32,000 bases of DNA from Candidatus Velamenicoccus archaeovorus (GCF_004102945.1 NZ_CP019384.1:1470001-1502000), one strand, 5' to 3'; positions 17,500 through 25,778 are shown, numbered from the stretch's first letter. Numbers and translations are program-made. The notes: generated by a model not told the origin, from the letters alone.

Positions 17500-18150
17500 T
17501 CATTCGTTGCGCGGATACCCAACGGTCTGCGCTAAGACAATCGTCTGTGAAGGACGCAATTTCATCGTCTTGGTCAACGTCAGTTTGTTGAACCAGCCGC
17601 GCACGACCGTGGCGAGACCGGCTGACGCGCAAAAAAGATACACGTTCTCACTGATAAACCCCGTATCCGTCGCCCCGTAAAAATCTTTCTGCTCGCCTGT
17701 CATGCCCTCCATCTTCTGATGGTCTGCGACAAAGATAAGGTCCACCGGCGCATCCTTGACAAAAGACTGCTCGCCTGTCATCGCCCTGACATCCTGGGAG
17801 AGAACAGAGACAAGCAGGTTGTTTTTGGCGTCATACAAAAACAGGCCATCCTTGAGAGCCACGTAAATATCGATCTCCTGCTTGTTCATGGCGGTAGGCG
17901 CTGTGCGGCCGCCCGTGTCCGGACGGTTGACGCCGGCCGCCGCCCAGAGAAGATCCGAGAGGGTCTGTAGAGAAAGCTCCCTGTCGCTGAACGCCCTCCT
18001 GCTCTGCCTTTCCTTTAAAGCCTGCATGAGAGGCATTCCGCCGTCCGTCTGCGGCGGCGGCAGCTCTATCCTGCCGTCATTGAGCGCCGGCGCCGGCGGC
18101 ACAAAAGAAAACAGCATCAGCACGCCGATCATCAGGACGAGAATCCTCAT
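17500..18150 (-). CDS. Nitroreductase family protein (SagB/ThcOx-like) with an N-terminal signal-like segment
   Basis: Motifs LMQALKERQSRRAFSDRELSLQTLSDLLWAAAGVNR and GRTAPTA. Hydrophobic N-terminus MRILVLMIGVLMLFSFVPPAPA. The start could be 18189 or 18150. Confidence 0.75.
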   Translation of the reverse strand: MRILVLMIGVLMLFSFVPPAPALNDGRIELPPPQTDGGMPLMQALKERQSRRAFSDRELSLQTLSDLLWAAAGVNRPDTGGRTAPTAMNKQEIDIYVALKDGLFLYDAKNNLLVSVLSQDVRAMTGEQSFVKDAPVDLIFVADHQKMEGMTGEQKDFYGATDTGFISENVYLFCASAGLATVVRGWFNKLTLTKTMKLRPSQTIVLAQTVGYPRNE

Positions 18151-18172
18151 AACGCCTCCTCTGGGCCGCCGA

Positions 18173-18688
18173 TCAAGACGCCGCCGCAAACTGTTCTTTG
18201 ATCTTACGACGGGTGAAAAAGAAAATGAACGCGCCGTTCAAGGCAAAAACCGCCAGGTTCATGAAAACGACAAAATCAAAGGCGGCCGTCGCGACCATCC
18301 CGGCGTCAAGCGAAGGCGGCCCCTGCGCCAGCTGGGAGGCCGTCAGGACATAAATATGCGAACGGACGCTGCTGAAAGACAGGATGAACACCGGCAGACC
18401 CACGAGAATATCGGCGGCGTTGATGAAGATGGCGGCCTTTCTTGCAGCCTCTTTTAATGCCAGCAACCCGGCGCCGGCCGTGATGCCGACGACGGAGAAA
18501 AGAAACGAATAACCGGCAAGAAAAGAAACAAGAACGGCGGGAAAAGAAGCATAGCACGCAGAATAATACTTAGTATCGAGCGCGGATAAAAGCGAGGATG
18601 CGTTGATGACGATCATGAGCCACGCCGACAACGATACGCCTCTGGATCTTCGCTTTTGTCCCATTCGCTTTGCCTGTGATGAACGCAT
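18173..18688 (-). CDS. Multi-pass membrane protein of unknown function
   Basis: About 4 TM segments. The start at 18688 (one nt after the upstream stop) or at 18664 is more plausible than the tracked 18784, which overlaps the upstream gene. Confidence 0.6.
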   Translation of the reverse strand: MRSSQAKRMGQKRRSRGVSLSAWLMIVINASSLLSALDTKYYSACYASFPAVLVSFLAGYSFLFSVVGITAGAGLLALKEAARKAAIFINAADILVGLPVFILSFSSVRSHIYVLTASQLAQGPPSLDAGMVATAAFDFVVFMNLAVFALNGAFIFFFTRRKIKEQFAAAS

Positions 18689-18689
18689 C

Positions 18690-19157
18690 TTATTTTTTGA
18701 CGACCCTGAATGTAGCGAAGGCCGGTTCGCTGAACAACGGCCCCGCATCCACCTGCACGACAGACCACGTATAGCTCTCCCCATCCCTGAAATAATCGAT
18801 GGAGATGGCGACCGCCGGCGTCAACGCCGACACCTGTTTCGCATAGATCTGCCTCACCGCGGCCGTTTCATGTCCCCGGTAGAGACGGAACATATAATAC
18901 CATACCTGATAAGGACTGCCCTTGGGTTCCCAGCGAAAAGCAACGAAAAGCTTGTCGCTGATATCGACGACGCGGGCCGCCGGCTCAAGTAAAGTCGGTT
19001 CCGGCACGCGGACAGGCGAAACAGAAGGATTGCCTGTCTTGCGGGCAACAGCCGGCGCCAACTCTTGCGTTTCTCCGGCGCCGCAGGGAACCGGCCCAGC
19101 AGAAAACGGCGCAACGAGACAACAAAAAAACAAAAACCAACGGATCGTTTTTATCAT
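18690..19157 (-). CDS. Small secreted protein, paralog 1 of a three-member family (P1)
   Basis: Signal peptide MIKTIRWFLFFCCLVAPFSA. Shares VPxPTLLxP...FxWxP...YxFRLY...IYxxQV...FxDGxxYTWxVxQ...FRVVKK with 20580-21062 and 27795-28256. The start is uncertain (19157 or 19181). Confidence 0.65.
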   Translation of the reverse strand: MIKTIRWFLFFCCLVAPFSAGPVPCGAGETQELAPAVARKTGNPSVSPVRVPEPTLLEPAARVVDISDKLFVAFRWEPKGSPYQVWYYMFRLYRGHETAAVRQIYAKQVSALTPAVAISIDYFRDGESYTWSVVQVDAGPLFSEPAFATFRVVKK

Positions 19158-19397
19158 TTCGGTGTGGGGGCTGGAAAACATGGAGCCCCGCGGCTTTACA
19201 GCCCTCGGCTTCGCCGAGAGGCGAGCCGTGGTTCCTTGATAACCCGCCGGCTGACAGCCGGCGGGCATCCACGAGTTCATGCACCCGTGTTTTCCCGCCA
19301 GAGGCTCTGGATCGTCCAAGGCGGCTGCGCGAAAGCGGATAAAACAGCTTTTCTGTTTTCCGGGCGGAATGCCGAAAGCCGGTGTCCGACAAAAACT

Positions 19398-19976
19398 TCA
19401 CTCATCTTGCGCCGCCCGGCGGCCCAGCTCCACAGCTCTCTCGCGGATAGCTGCCCGTGTTTTGACGTCGCCCGATTCTCCTGCATGGGGCACAAGCAGG
19501 GATTCGAAGCTCATGCCTGAATAATCCGCCGTCAGAACGAACGGCTTCTCCAAGGCATCCAGGCCCACGTCTTCATAGGCGCTGGCGATCAAGATGAGCC
19601 TTTTTCCTTTAAGAGGTGTCGTCATGGTCCCGGCTGCATTGTCCCACTTATAAAGACAAAACATCCGGTCCATGACGAGCTTGAGCTGGGCGCTGGCGCC
19701 GAAAAAATACAGGGGCGAGGCCATGACGATCACATCCACCTCGGCCATCTTCGCCAGCACAGGCGAAGCCTCATCTTTGACGACGCACGCATATTCCTTG
19801 ATCGCCTGGCACCTGCGGCACGACGTACAGCCTGTGGTTTTATATTTAAGGAAAGCGGTGGCAACGATATCCACCCTTGCGCCTTCTGACCTTGCCCCTT
19901 CGGCAAACCAGTTCACGAGGGTGGTCGTATTGCCGTCCTTCACAGGGCTGGCGGAAAGAACAAGGATTTTCTTCAT
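19398..19976 (-). CDS. Flavodoxin-like NAD(P)H-dependent FMN reductase / iron-sulfur flavoprotein-like protein
   Basis: 192 aa. MKKILVLSASPVKDGNTTTL N-terminus and a CTSCRRC cysteine cluster. Confidence 0.75.
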   Translation of the reverse strand: MKKILVLSASPVKDGNTTTLVNWFAEGARSEGARVDIVATAFLKYKTTGCTSCRRCQAIKEYACVVKDEASPVLAKMAEVDVIVMASPLYFFGASAQLKLVMDRMFCLYKWDNAAGTMTTPLKGKRLILIASAYEDVGLDALEKPFVLTADYSGMSFESLLVPHAGESGDVKTRAAIRERAVELGRRAAQDE

Positions 19977-19995
19977 CGCGATTTTCCTCGCAATC

Positions 19996-20454
19996 TCACT
20001 TCGCCAGCTTGCGCCAGCCGATATAGATCAAGACGACAAACGCGATCAAGAGAGACACGAAGCGCGCGCCGTCCGGCAATTCCGACCAGTAATTGCAATA
20101 ACCGTCCAGGACGCTGAAGATGCCGCCGAACATCAAGCCGGTGCCTATCGCCTGGATCGTCACCAGCGAACCGATGATGATCGCCACGATCCCAAGGGGA
20201 GCGGCGACGGAAAAAAGCGCCCGCTGGAATCTCTTTTGGTCATACTTCCAGGCATCCTGCTGTTTTTGCCTTTTGGCCGCGGCCTGCTGCCTCTCTGCCT
20301 CTGTCATGTTCTGACGATTCATCTGCATCGTTTCGTCCATGTGGTGGTAATCCTGCCACTTCGGTTCCGGCACAAACGTCGCCACGCCGTAATGGATCAT
20401 CATGGGAAAGATGACCGCGATCCCGAACCCCAACGCAAACTTCTTGGCTAACAT
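19996..20454 (-). CDS. Membrane protein of unknown function
   Basis: 152 aa. One N-terminal and about 3 C-terminal TM segments around a Q/K-rich loop. SD GAGGAGGG upstream. Confidence 0.65.
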   Translation of the reverse strand: MLAKKFALGFGIAVIFPMMIHYGVATFVPEPKWQDYHHMDETMQMNRQNMTEAERQQAAAKRQKQQDAWKYDQKRFQRALFSVAAPLGIVAIIIGSLVTIQAIGTGLMFGGIFSVLDGYCNYWSELPDGARFVSLLIAFVVLIYIGWRKLAK

Positions 20455-20465
20455 ATGACCCTCCT

Positions 20466-20486
20466 CATCCCGCCTCTGGCGGGATG
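20466..20486 (-). promoter_or_regulatory. 9-bp GC hairpin abutting the SD of the 19996-20454 gene
   Basis: catcccgcc-tct-ggcgggatg. In the mRNA sense its 3' arm is followed directly by AGGAGGGUCAU-AUG. Confidence 0.4.
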
Positions 20487-20505
20487 ACTCCGCAGCCTGC
20501 GCAGA

Positions 20506-20546
20506 TCAATTTTACGAGCGCCTCTGGCGTACGCGAGTAAAATTGA
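20506..20546 (-). promoter_or_regulatory. Second hairpin with the same CGCC-NNN-GGCG apex
   Basis: tcaattttac...cgcctctggcg...gtaaaattga: a 10-bp outer stem plus a 4-bp apical stem identical to the apex of the 20466-20486 hairpin. Confidence 0.4.
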
Positions 20547-20579
20547 CAAGCGATTAGGCAAGGAGTCAAGTTAACATCC

Positions 20580-21062
20580 CTATTTTCTCCCTCCTGACGA
20601 AGAATTTTCTCCTTTTTCTCCCTTCTTCACCACCTTAAATGAATTGTATGCCGCATCGCTCTTGTTGTCAAAATAAAGCTGGCGCAGGGTCCAGGTATAG
20701 ACCTGGCCGTCCTCGAACATGTCCGCCTTCAGGACCACATGATAGTCACCCGGCCCCACCTGTTCTTTATAGATCTGACTGTCGGCGTATGTCTGGCGTC
20801 CTTTATACAGCCGGAAGTCATACCCCTGCCTTTTATACATCCGGCCTTCGAACGGGCTCCACTTGAATTCCAGGGTATCTTTACCCGTCAAATCCACAGT
20901 CTCCCCTACGGGCGACAACAGCGTCGGCACCGGAACATCCTCCGCTCCAAAGATGCTGCGTGTCCCTATGCCGACCTCCACATCGCCGCTCACCCTGCCC
21001 GCCTCAACACCGGAAGGCCGCAACAACATCAAGCCAACAGCTATATAAATCCATATTTTCAC
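20580..21062 (-). CDS. Small secreted protein, paralog 2 of the family (P2)
   Basis: 160 aa. GTG start with SD AGAGGTG. Signal peptide, family motifs as for P1, and a G/S/K-rich tail. Confidence 0.7.
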   Translation of the reverse strand: MKIWIYIAVGLMLLRPSGVEAGRVSGDVEVGIGTRSIFGAEDVPVPTLLSPVGETVDLTGKDTLEFKWSPFEGRMYKRQGYDFRLYKGRQTYADSQIYKEQVGPGDYHVVLKADMFEDGQVYTWTLRQLYFDNKSDAAYNSFKVVKKGEKGENSSSGGRK

Positions 21063-21098
21063 GAGACACCTCTTTATCCCGCCAGAGAGCGAAATTCT

Positions 21099-21869
21099 CT
21101 AACGGGACTGCTTTGTCAAATCACCCATCTCGCACTGGACACGCAACTTGCCCCAATTAAAAACAACAAGGGCCCTTTTATCGGTGCCAAGCTGGTAATG
21201 AAACGGTTTAAGGACATACGCCAGGAGGACTTCGCCGTCCTTTGTCCTGAAATATTTGAAATCAGAGGTATCGATCCTGCCGATAGAAATACGCCGCTCT
21301 CTCTGCCCGGCATAATGCGCCCCGGACCGATCCACATATGACAATTTATGGATATCCATGTAGGCCGGCTCGATGAAATTGACGGCGCGCATTTCGCCTT
21401 TGATGTCGCGGAATACGATATAACCGGCAACGGCGCCGGCGTCATAAAACAGCGACATCGTCAATGATGCGACCTCATCTGGAGCGATGGCGCCCTGGGT
21501 CCCGTAAACGCCCCCTGCCGCGTCTGCCGACGCATGGGCCCCCGCGGCGTCCGCCCCGGGGGTTTTAACATCGGGGGCGCCCTCGCCGATCTTCATGACA
21601 CGGGTCTTGCCATCCTCTCTCACGGTCACCGATTCACCGTCAATGGCCACGACCTCGACGGAACCGACCCTGTCGCCGACCTTGACCATTTCGCCGTTGA
21701 CGATGGCGACGGGCTCGCCGTTCTTCTCAAGGACAACACCCGTCACCTCGACGTCAAAGGCGGCACCGGCAGCGCCCCCGAAGAAAAAAAACAGGCAGGC
21801 CGCCAGGGCGATCCCCTTCGTCTTCAAGCCACTCGTCTCCTGCCCGAAAGTTTTACGCATATATGTCAT
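21099..21869 (-). CDS. Exported protein of unknown function
   Basis: 256 aa. Signal/TM segment GIALAACLFFFFGGAAGA, then a beta-rich segment (VAIVNGEMVKVGDRVGSVEVVAIDGESVTV) reminiscent of PilP/GspC-type domains. By-eye impression only. Confidence 0.6.
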   Translation of the reverse strand: MTYMRKTFGQETSGLKTKGIALAACLFFFFGGAAGAAFDVEVTGVVLEKNGEPVAIVNGEMVKVGDRVGSVEVVAIDGESVTVREDGKTRVMKIGEGAPDVKTPGADAAGAHASADAAGGVYGTQGAIAPDEVASLTMSLFYDAGAVAGYIVFRDIKGEMRAVNFIEPAYMDIHKLSYVDRSGAHYAGQRERRISIGRIDTSDFKYFRTKDGEVLLAYVLKPFHYQLGTDKRALVVFNWGKLRVQCEMGDLTKQSR

Positions 21870-22564
21870 TTCTCCGGTAAGGGGTCGGCGGACCCGGACT
21901 GCGGCCGGTCTTCTGCGGCGTGCTCGACCTTGTGCATATTGAGGTCGGCATTGGTTTTCAACAATAAAAAGAAAATCAGGACGGCTTTTTCGGCGAGACC
22001 GTTATGGAACAAGAGCATAAAAAACCCGCCGAAGATAATAGTCAGGTGCATCGGGACGATCCGCAGATAAGGGAAAAACATCAGGCGGCCGATGCCCACA
22101 CCATCGATCTTTTTGCGTGAATGCTGCCGGAAAGAGAAAAGATGGTGGACAAAGAATGCCCCCAGGCTTAACCAAATCCACCCCCACTCCGATACAGCGG
22201 GCCTGCCGATGAACTCAAAGTAACCGAAATTGAAAAAACCGTAGTGAAAGGTAAAAAAGCCGGCCAGAAAATAGGTGACGGCCCGCGGGACCTCGGCATC
22301 GGGCTGGCGCGGGGTGTCCATCCTGCGGATCCCCAGGATGCGGATCACGTTGAAAAATCCGATGATGACGTTCTGGCCGCAATAGATGAACATGATCGTC
22401 TTGAGCGGCCAATGCTGGGCGAGGGCCAGGACCAGCGTCACCAGGTTTGAAAAGGCGAGGCTCCTGGCCGTGGCGTCCGCCCGCATCAATGCCGCAAGCT
22501 CGCCCCACCCCAAAAAGGGCCTAGCCATGGCCTGCGCAAAAAGGACCTGCCGGTTCGTATTCAT
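21866..22564 (-). CDS. Polytopic membrane protein of unknown function
   Basis: 232 aa with about 6 TM segments. A 4-nt ATGA-type overlap with the downstream gene suggests coupling. A possible DUF6498 resemblance is from memory and unverified. Confidence 0.6.
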   Translation of the reverse strand: MNTNRQVLFAQAMARPFLGWGELAALMRADATARSLAFSNLVTLVLALAQHWPLKTIMFIYCGQNVIIGFFNVIRILGIRRMDTPRQPDAEVPRAVTYFLAGFFTFHYGFFNFGYFEFIGRPAVSEWGWIWLSLGAFFVHHLFSFRQHSRKKIDGVGIGRLMFFPYLRIVPMHLTIIFGGFFMLLFHNGLAEKAVLIFFLLLKTNADLNMHKVEHAAEDRPQSGSADPLPEK

Positions 22565-22570
22565 GGCGGC

Positions 22571-23251
22571 TCAACCAATACCCTGGCGAAGAACGCCGGT
22601 GACCCCCTGGAAATCCTTGTAGAATATCTCCATGCGCCGCAGGGGAATGACAAGGCCGCGGCGGTAAAAAACGAAGCAGCTGCCGCGCGTCTCCAGAGAA
22701 TAGGCCTTCCCCAAAGAAAGAAACCTGTCAAAAAGCTCCCGGCGGAACTTCGGCACGGGCGTGTCCTTTTTCACAACGATCACATACCTTTTCAGGAATT
22801 CCCCGGGTATGCCCTCTCTCACAAAGACGTCTTTTGAAAACAACGGCGCCAGGCGCCAGTAGAATGTCCTGGGCGAAATAAAAAATTGCGACAGGGCCGT
22901 GCCTGCCGCATCCCCGAAACCCATCGTCTGAAAAAGAAAACGCGGCATGCCGAAAATAAAACGGCTGCCGTTATAATCGAATATCTTCATCCTCACGCCG
23001 TCCCACGAGCAGCTCATGACGTAATAGAGCCGCGGGAAAACCTTTCCCATGCCGGAGAAAGAAAAAACCCTCAATTCATGCTCAAGGGTATCGTCATGGC
23101 CTTCCTGGAGCAAAAGCCCCAGCTTTTTCGCCAGGGCCGCCAAAGGGTTTCCTCTCTTACGCCCTGCCAGGAGCCGCGCCAGAAGCAAAAAAACAAGGAC
23201 CCCGGCGGCAGCCGGGATATATTTTTCGATGTCTGCCGGAACCTCGATCAA
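22571..23251 (-). CDS. Single-TM protein of unknown function
   Basis: 226 aa. N-terminal TM segment AAAGVLVFLLLARLLAG. No recognisable motif. Confidence 0.55.
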   Translation of the reverse strand: MIEVPADIEKYIPAAAGVLVFLLLARLLAGRKRGNPLAALAKKLGLLLQEGHDDTLEHELRVFSFSGMGKVFPRLYYVMSCSWDGVRMKIFDYNGSRFIFGMPRFLFQTMGFGDAAGTALSQFFISPRTFYWRLAPLFSKDVFVREGIPGEFLKRYVIVVKKDTPVPKFRRELFDRFLSLGKAYSLETRGSCFVFYRRGLVIPLRRMEIFYKDFQGVTGVLRQGIG

Positions 23252-23326
23252 ACTGCACCCCCAAATAACCCGTCAACCCGCTTACCCGTTAACTCGCTCA
23301 CCTGTATTTAAATCCTTTCCTCAGGC

Positions 23327-23488
23327 TCACTCCCTGCCTAAAAGTCCAAGTGTCTCGCCGTATTCCTTAGCCGTCTTTTTGACGGCGCGGTCGATCAAAT
23401 CCTTTTGTTTACGGCTGATGATCCCACTCTGCAGGCACCGCAGAACATTCCGCGAGATAATATATTTATTTTCTTTAGCTTGCGCCAT
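23327..23488 (-). CDS. Small soluble protein (53 aa), unannotated in the ORF track
   Basis: Own translation gives MAQAKENKYIISRNVLRCLQSGIISRKQKDLIDRAVKKTAKEYGETLGLLGRE. SD GGGGGAG lies 4 nt upstream of the ATG at 23488. Confidence 0.4.
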   Translation of the reverse strand: MAQAKENKYIISRNVLRCLQSGIISRKQKDLIDRAVKKTAKEYGETLGLLGRE

Positions 23489-23549
23489 AAAACTCCCCCA
23501 TTAACTTAATATCAACCATGGGATGCCAATTTTCCTTGACGTGCTTAAA

Positions 23550-24014
23550 TCACCTACTTCCCGGATACGGCGCGAGGTCAACAACCTCTTCCACATCCAT
23601 GGCAATCACATATTCCGGCTTGGGCAAAAGGGCCTCGGGATGCAAAGCGTGCCCTTTCTCTCCGTGGATATTTTTGATCAGGCGCTTGGTCAAGCGGCTT
23701 GTGATCCGTTCCTCCCATGCGCGCGTCAGGTGCGGCTTGATCTCCTCCTGCGAAACGATACGGGCCCTGCCTTTCAGGCAATAACCGCTGAATTTATGCT
23801 CGTCAACCGCCGTGATGCTGATGAGAGGGTTGGCTTCCAGGTTCCTGCGTGTCCTGGCCCGGAAGAGGTCCAGCAGATACACACGGCCGGACTCGTCGAT
23901 CTCAACGATGCCCTTGCAGGAATTATGGGGATAACCGGCGGCATCGATCGTCGAAACGACCACAAAACCCTGGTTCTGCAAAAAATGCACGACGTCCCTG
24001 CCTAATTTCATCAT
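23550..24014 (-). CDS. Pyridoxamine 5'-phosphate oxidase-like FMN-binding split-barrel protein
   Basis: Start trimmed to MMKLGRDVVHFLQNQGFVVVSTIDAAGYPH (ATG at 24014, overlapping the upstream TGA). PNPOx-like pattern. Confidence 0.7.
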   Translation of the reverse strand: MMKLGRDVVHFLQNQGFVVVSTIDAAGYPHNSCKGIVEIDESGRVYLLDLFRARTRRNLEANPLISITAVDEHKFSGYCLKGRARIVSQEEIKPHLTRAWEERITSRLTKRLIKNIHGEKGHALHPEALLPKPEYVIAMDVEEVVDLAPYPGSR

Positions 24015-24568
24015 CACATCTCCCGCGGAAGCCCGGCTCCCGATGCCTTTGCGCCGGGATAAAAAATACGCCCGCCCTTTTTTTTCGCCCACGGCGTCAT
24101 CCGGTGAACCCTGGCATTTGTCGCCGAATAAATATGCTCCACATCCCAGCCGCGGGCGACGAGCGCATCACCGATCAAAGACCGGTGACAGCGCCACGGG
24201 ACGCTCTCGGCGCACATGAAAGCAACGGTCCTGCCTTTTGCCAATCTCATCAACCGCCCCAGCGCCCGGTCAAAACCTTTTGTCTGCATGTAATCGGCAA
24301 ACCCCCGAAACGACGCATTCTGCCAGGCGCCGTTGATGGAATCTTTTTTGGGACGGCGCAACCCTCCCAGCGTCGGCATATGGAGATAACTTATCTTAAA
24401 TGCTTTCAGGGCCTGAGGCAAGGTCTCTTTGTTGAACTGAGGATTATGCCTGGAGCGGGGGATCGTCCTGACATCCACGAGCTTGCGGACACCGAAGACC
24501 TGAAGGATGCGCGCGAACTCTTCCACGGAGCGCGTCCCGTGGCCTATGGTAAAAATTTTATCAGGCAT
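24014..24568 (-). CDS. DUF488 family protein
   Basis: Start trimmed to MPDKIFTIGHGTRSVEEF. Motifs DVRTIPRSRHNPQF and AFMCAESVPWRCHRSLI are characteristic of DUF488. Confidence 0.8.
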   Translation of the reverse strand: MPDKIFTIGHGTRSVEEFARILQVFGVRKLVDVRTIPRSRHNPQFNKETLPQALKAFKISYLHMPTLGGLRRPKKDSINGAWQNASFRGFADYMQTKGFDRALGRLMRLAKGRTVAFMCAESVPWRCHRSLIGDALVARGWDVEHIYSATNARVHRMTPWAKKKGGRIFYPGAKASGAGLPREM

Positions 24569-24597
24569 GGAAGGCTTCCGCCTGGCTTCAATCCGTT

Positions 24598-25497
24598 TCA
24601 AATCAACCCTCTGCGCCCCAATCCCTTGTAGACCACCAGATGGTCCTGCTCCTGCGTCAGGGGCTTTTTCTTGCGCCAAAAATGATGATAGACATGTTGC
24701 GTGATCTCTTCTCTCTGTTTGAGGCTGTAGCGATGCACCTGCGGATAGAGAAGGATCATCCACACCACGGCCATGAACTTCTCGAAATCATCGACATAAA
24801 AATTGACGCGGTTTGTCCGCAGCAATACCTGCGCTTTTTTAAAAACCGTCTCCCTCTGCAGGTCTTTTTTGAGCTGGCGCAGGTCCTGGTCGTTATAGGC
24901 GCCGAAGAATTTCCCGGCGAAATGATTATAGAGCCAGGTCGTGGTGGAGGGATCTTTGCTTTTTGAGCTCATGAGCACCGCATGGATGGCTGCGCGAGGC
25001 GCCAGAAAACCGCGGTACAAATTCTTAAAAAGCTCGAGCCAGCAACATTGCCGGCAATAATAGAGCGAATGGTGGAGGGTGGCCAGGTGGACCCACCTCT
25101 TCCCCAGCCTGTCCCTGAAAAAATCCCTTGCTTTCTGCGGATCCAAAAATATCCTGTTAAAATCGCACTTGATGGTCGTCACATGGTCCGTGCGCTGGCG
25201 CTTGATACGCTCCTGAACAATGCCGAGGGCGCAATCGTTGATATCCAAGAGATACAACCCGCCGCGGAAAGCCGTCTCCAGGATCCTGAACTGCGGCTCG
25301 TCGCTTGAACCGATGGAGAGCGCGCGCAACTCTGCATGCAGGGGCATGCCTTTGTCGAGGGTGCGTATCACCCGGGCAAGCTCCTCCCCTATATCCACCT
25401 TGTCATGGCTGTAGCGCGACCATATCTTGTCCTGATCGCAAACATTTTTTTCAGAAACATGGATGCCTTTTTCGATCAAACTTATATATGATGACAT
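24598..25497 (-). CDS. Possible SAM-dependent methyltransferase (HNMT-like pattern)
   Basis: ALSIGSSDEPQFRILE resembles the histamine N-methyltransferase LSIGGGAGEID motif I, and HHSLYYC resembles MLYYV. Start uncertain (25497, 25563 or 25626). Function tentative. Confidence 0.45.
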   Translation of the reverse strand: MSSYISLIEKGIHVSEKNVCDQDKIWSRYSHDKVDIGEELARVIRTLDKGMPLHAELRALSIGSSDEPQFRILETAFRGGLYLLDINDCALGIVQERIKRQRTDHVTTIKCDFNRIFLDPQKARDFFRDRLGKRWVHLATLHHSLYYCRQCCWLELFKNLYRGFLAPRAAIHAVLMSSKSKDPSTTTWLYNHFAGKFFGAYNDQDLRQLKKDLQRETVFKKAQVLLRTNRVNFYVDDFEKFMAVVWMILLYPQVHRYSLKQREEITQHVYHHFWRKKKPLTQEQDHLVVYKGLGRRGLI

Positions 25498-25704
25498 GGA
25501 ATGCTTGTCCTTTTTACAAGAGAGACGGGAAATATTCCTTATACGGATCCCGGCTTCGCTCATGCCATCAGCCGGTCGGCATGTTGCCTGACGGTCCATC
25601 GTCGCACGCCCGATTGACCCCTGCATCAGAAAACCCCGGATTCCCTGCCTTGCCGGCAGGCTGGCTGTCTGGGAATGAAGGTCCGGCGCAGGATTTCGCT
25701 ATGC

Positions 25705-25765
25705 ACTAAAAACAAAAGAAGCCGCCGCTCCGTCTGCCTGCTTGTCGAAGATAAGCAGGCAGACG
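25705..25765 (-). terminator. Strong 13-bp hairpin plus a distal U-rich tract at the downstream edge of the cassette island
   Basis: cgtctgcctgctt-gtcgaagat-aagcaggcagacg (25731-25765). In the minus sense it is followed after 10 nt by UUCUUUUGUUUUU, so the geometry is not canonical. Confidence 0.4.
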
Positions 25766-25778
25766 TGCCGGCGAAGCT

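Noticed and set aside
19207-19265. GC hairpins (ggcttcgcc-gaga-ggcgagcc and cccgccggc-tgaca-gccggcggg) in the 240-bp gap after the flavoprotein gene, as members of the repeat families or as a terminator
   Set aside because: They show no sequence similarity to the other families beyond being GC-rich, and no U tract lies on the gene-sense strand. They are noted only as unexplained structure.
20466-20546. The twin hairpins as the RNA target of the ANTAR regulator
   Set aside because: Canonical ANTAR targets have two hairpins with 6-nt loops (conserved A1/G4) coupled to a terminator. These have 3-nt AGA loops and no terminator.
23391-23401. An 11-nt match (tcgatcaaatc) to the right arm plus flank of the 37-bp element, inside the small ORF 23327-23488
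   Set aside because: There is no palindromic partner arm or left flank nearby. It is probably a chance match or at most a decayed half-site, so it is not counted as a copy.
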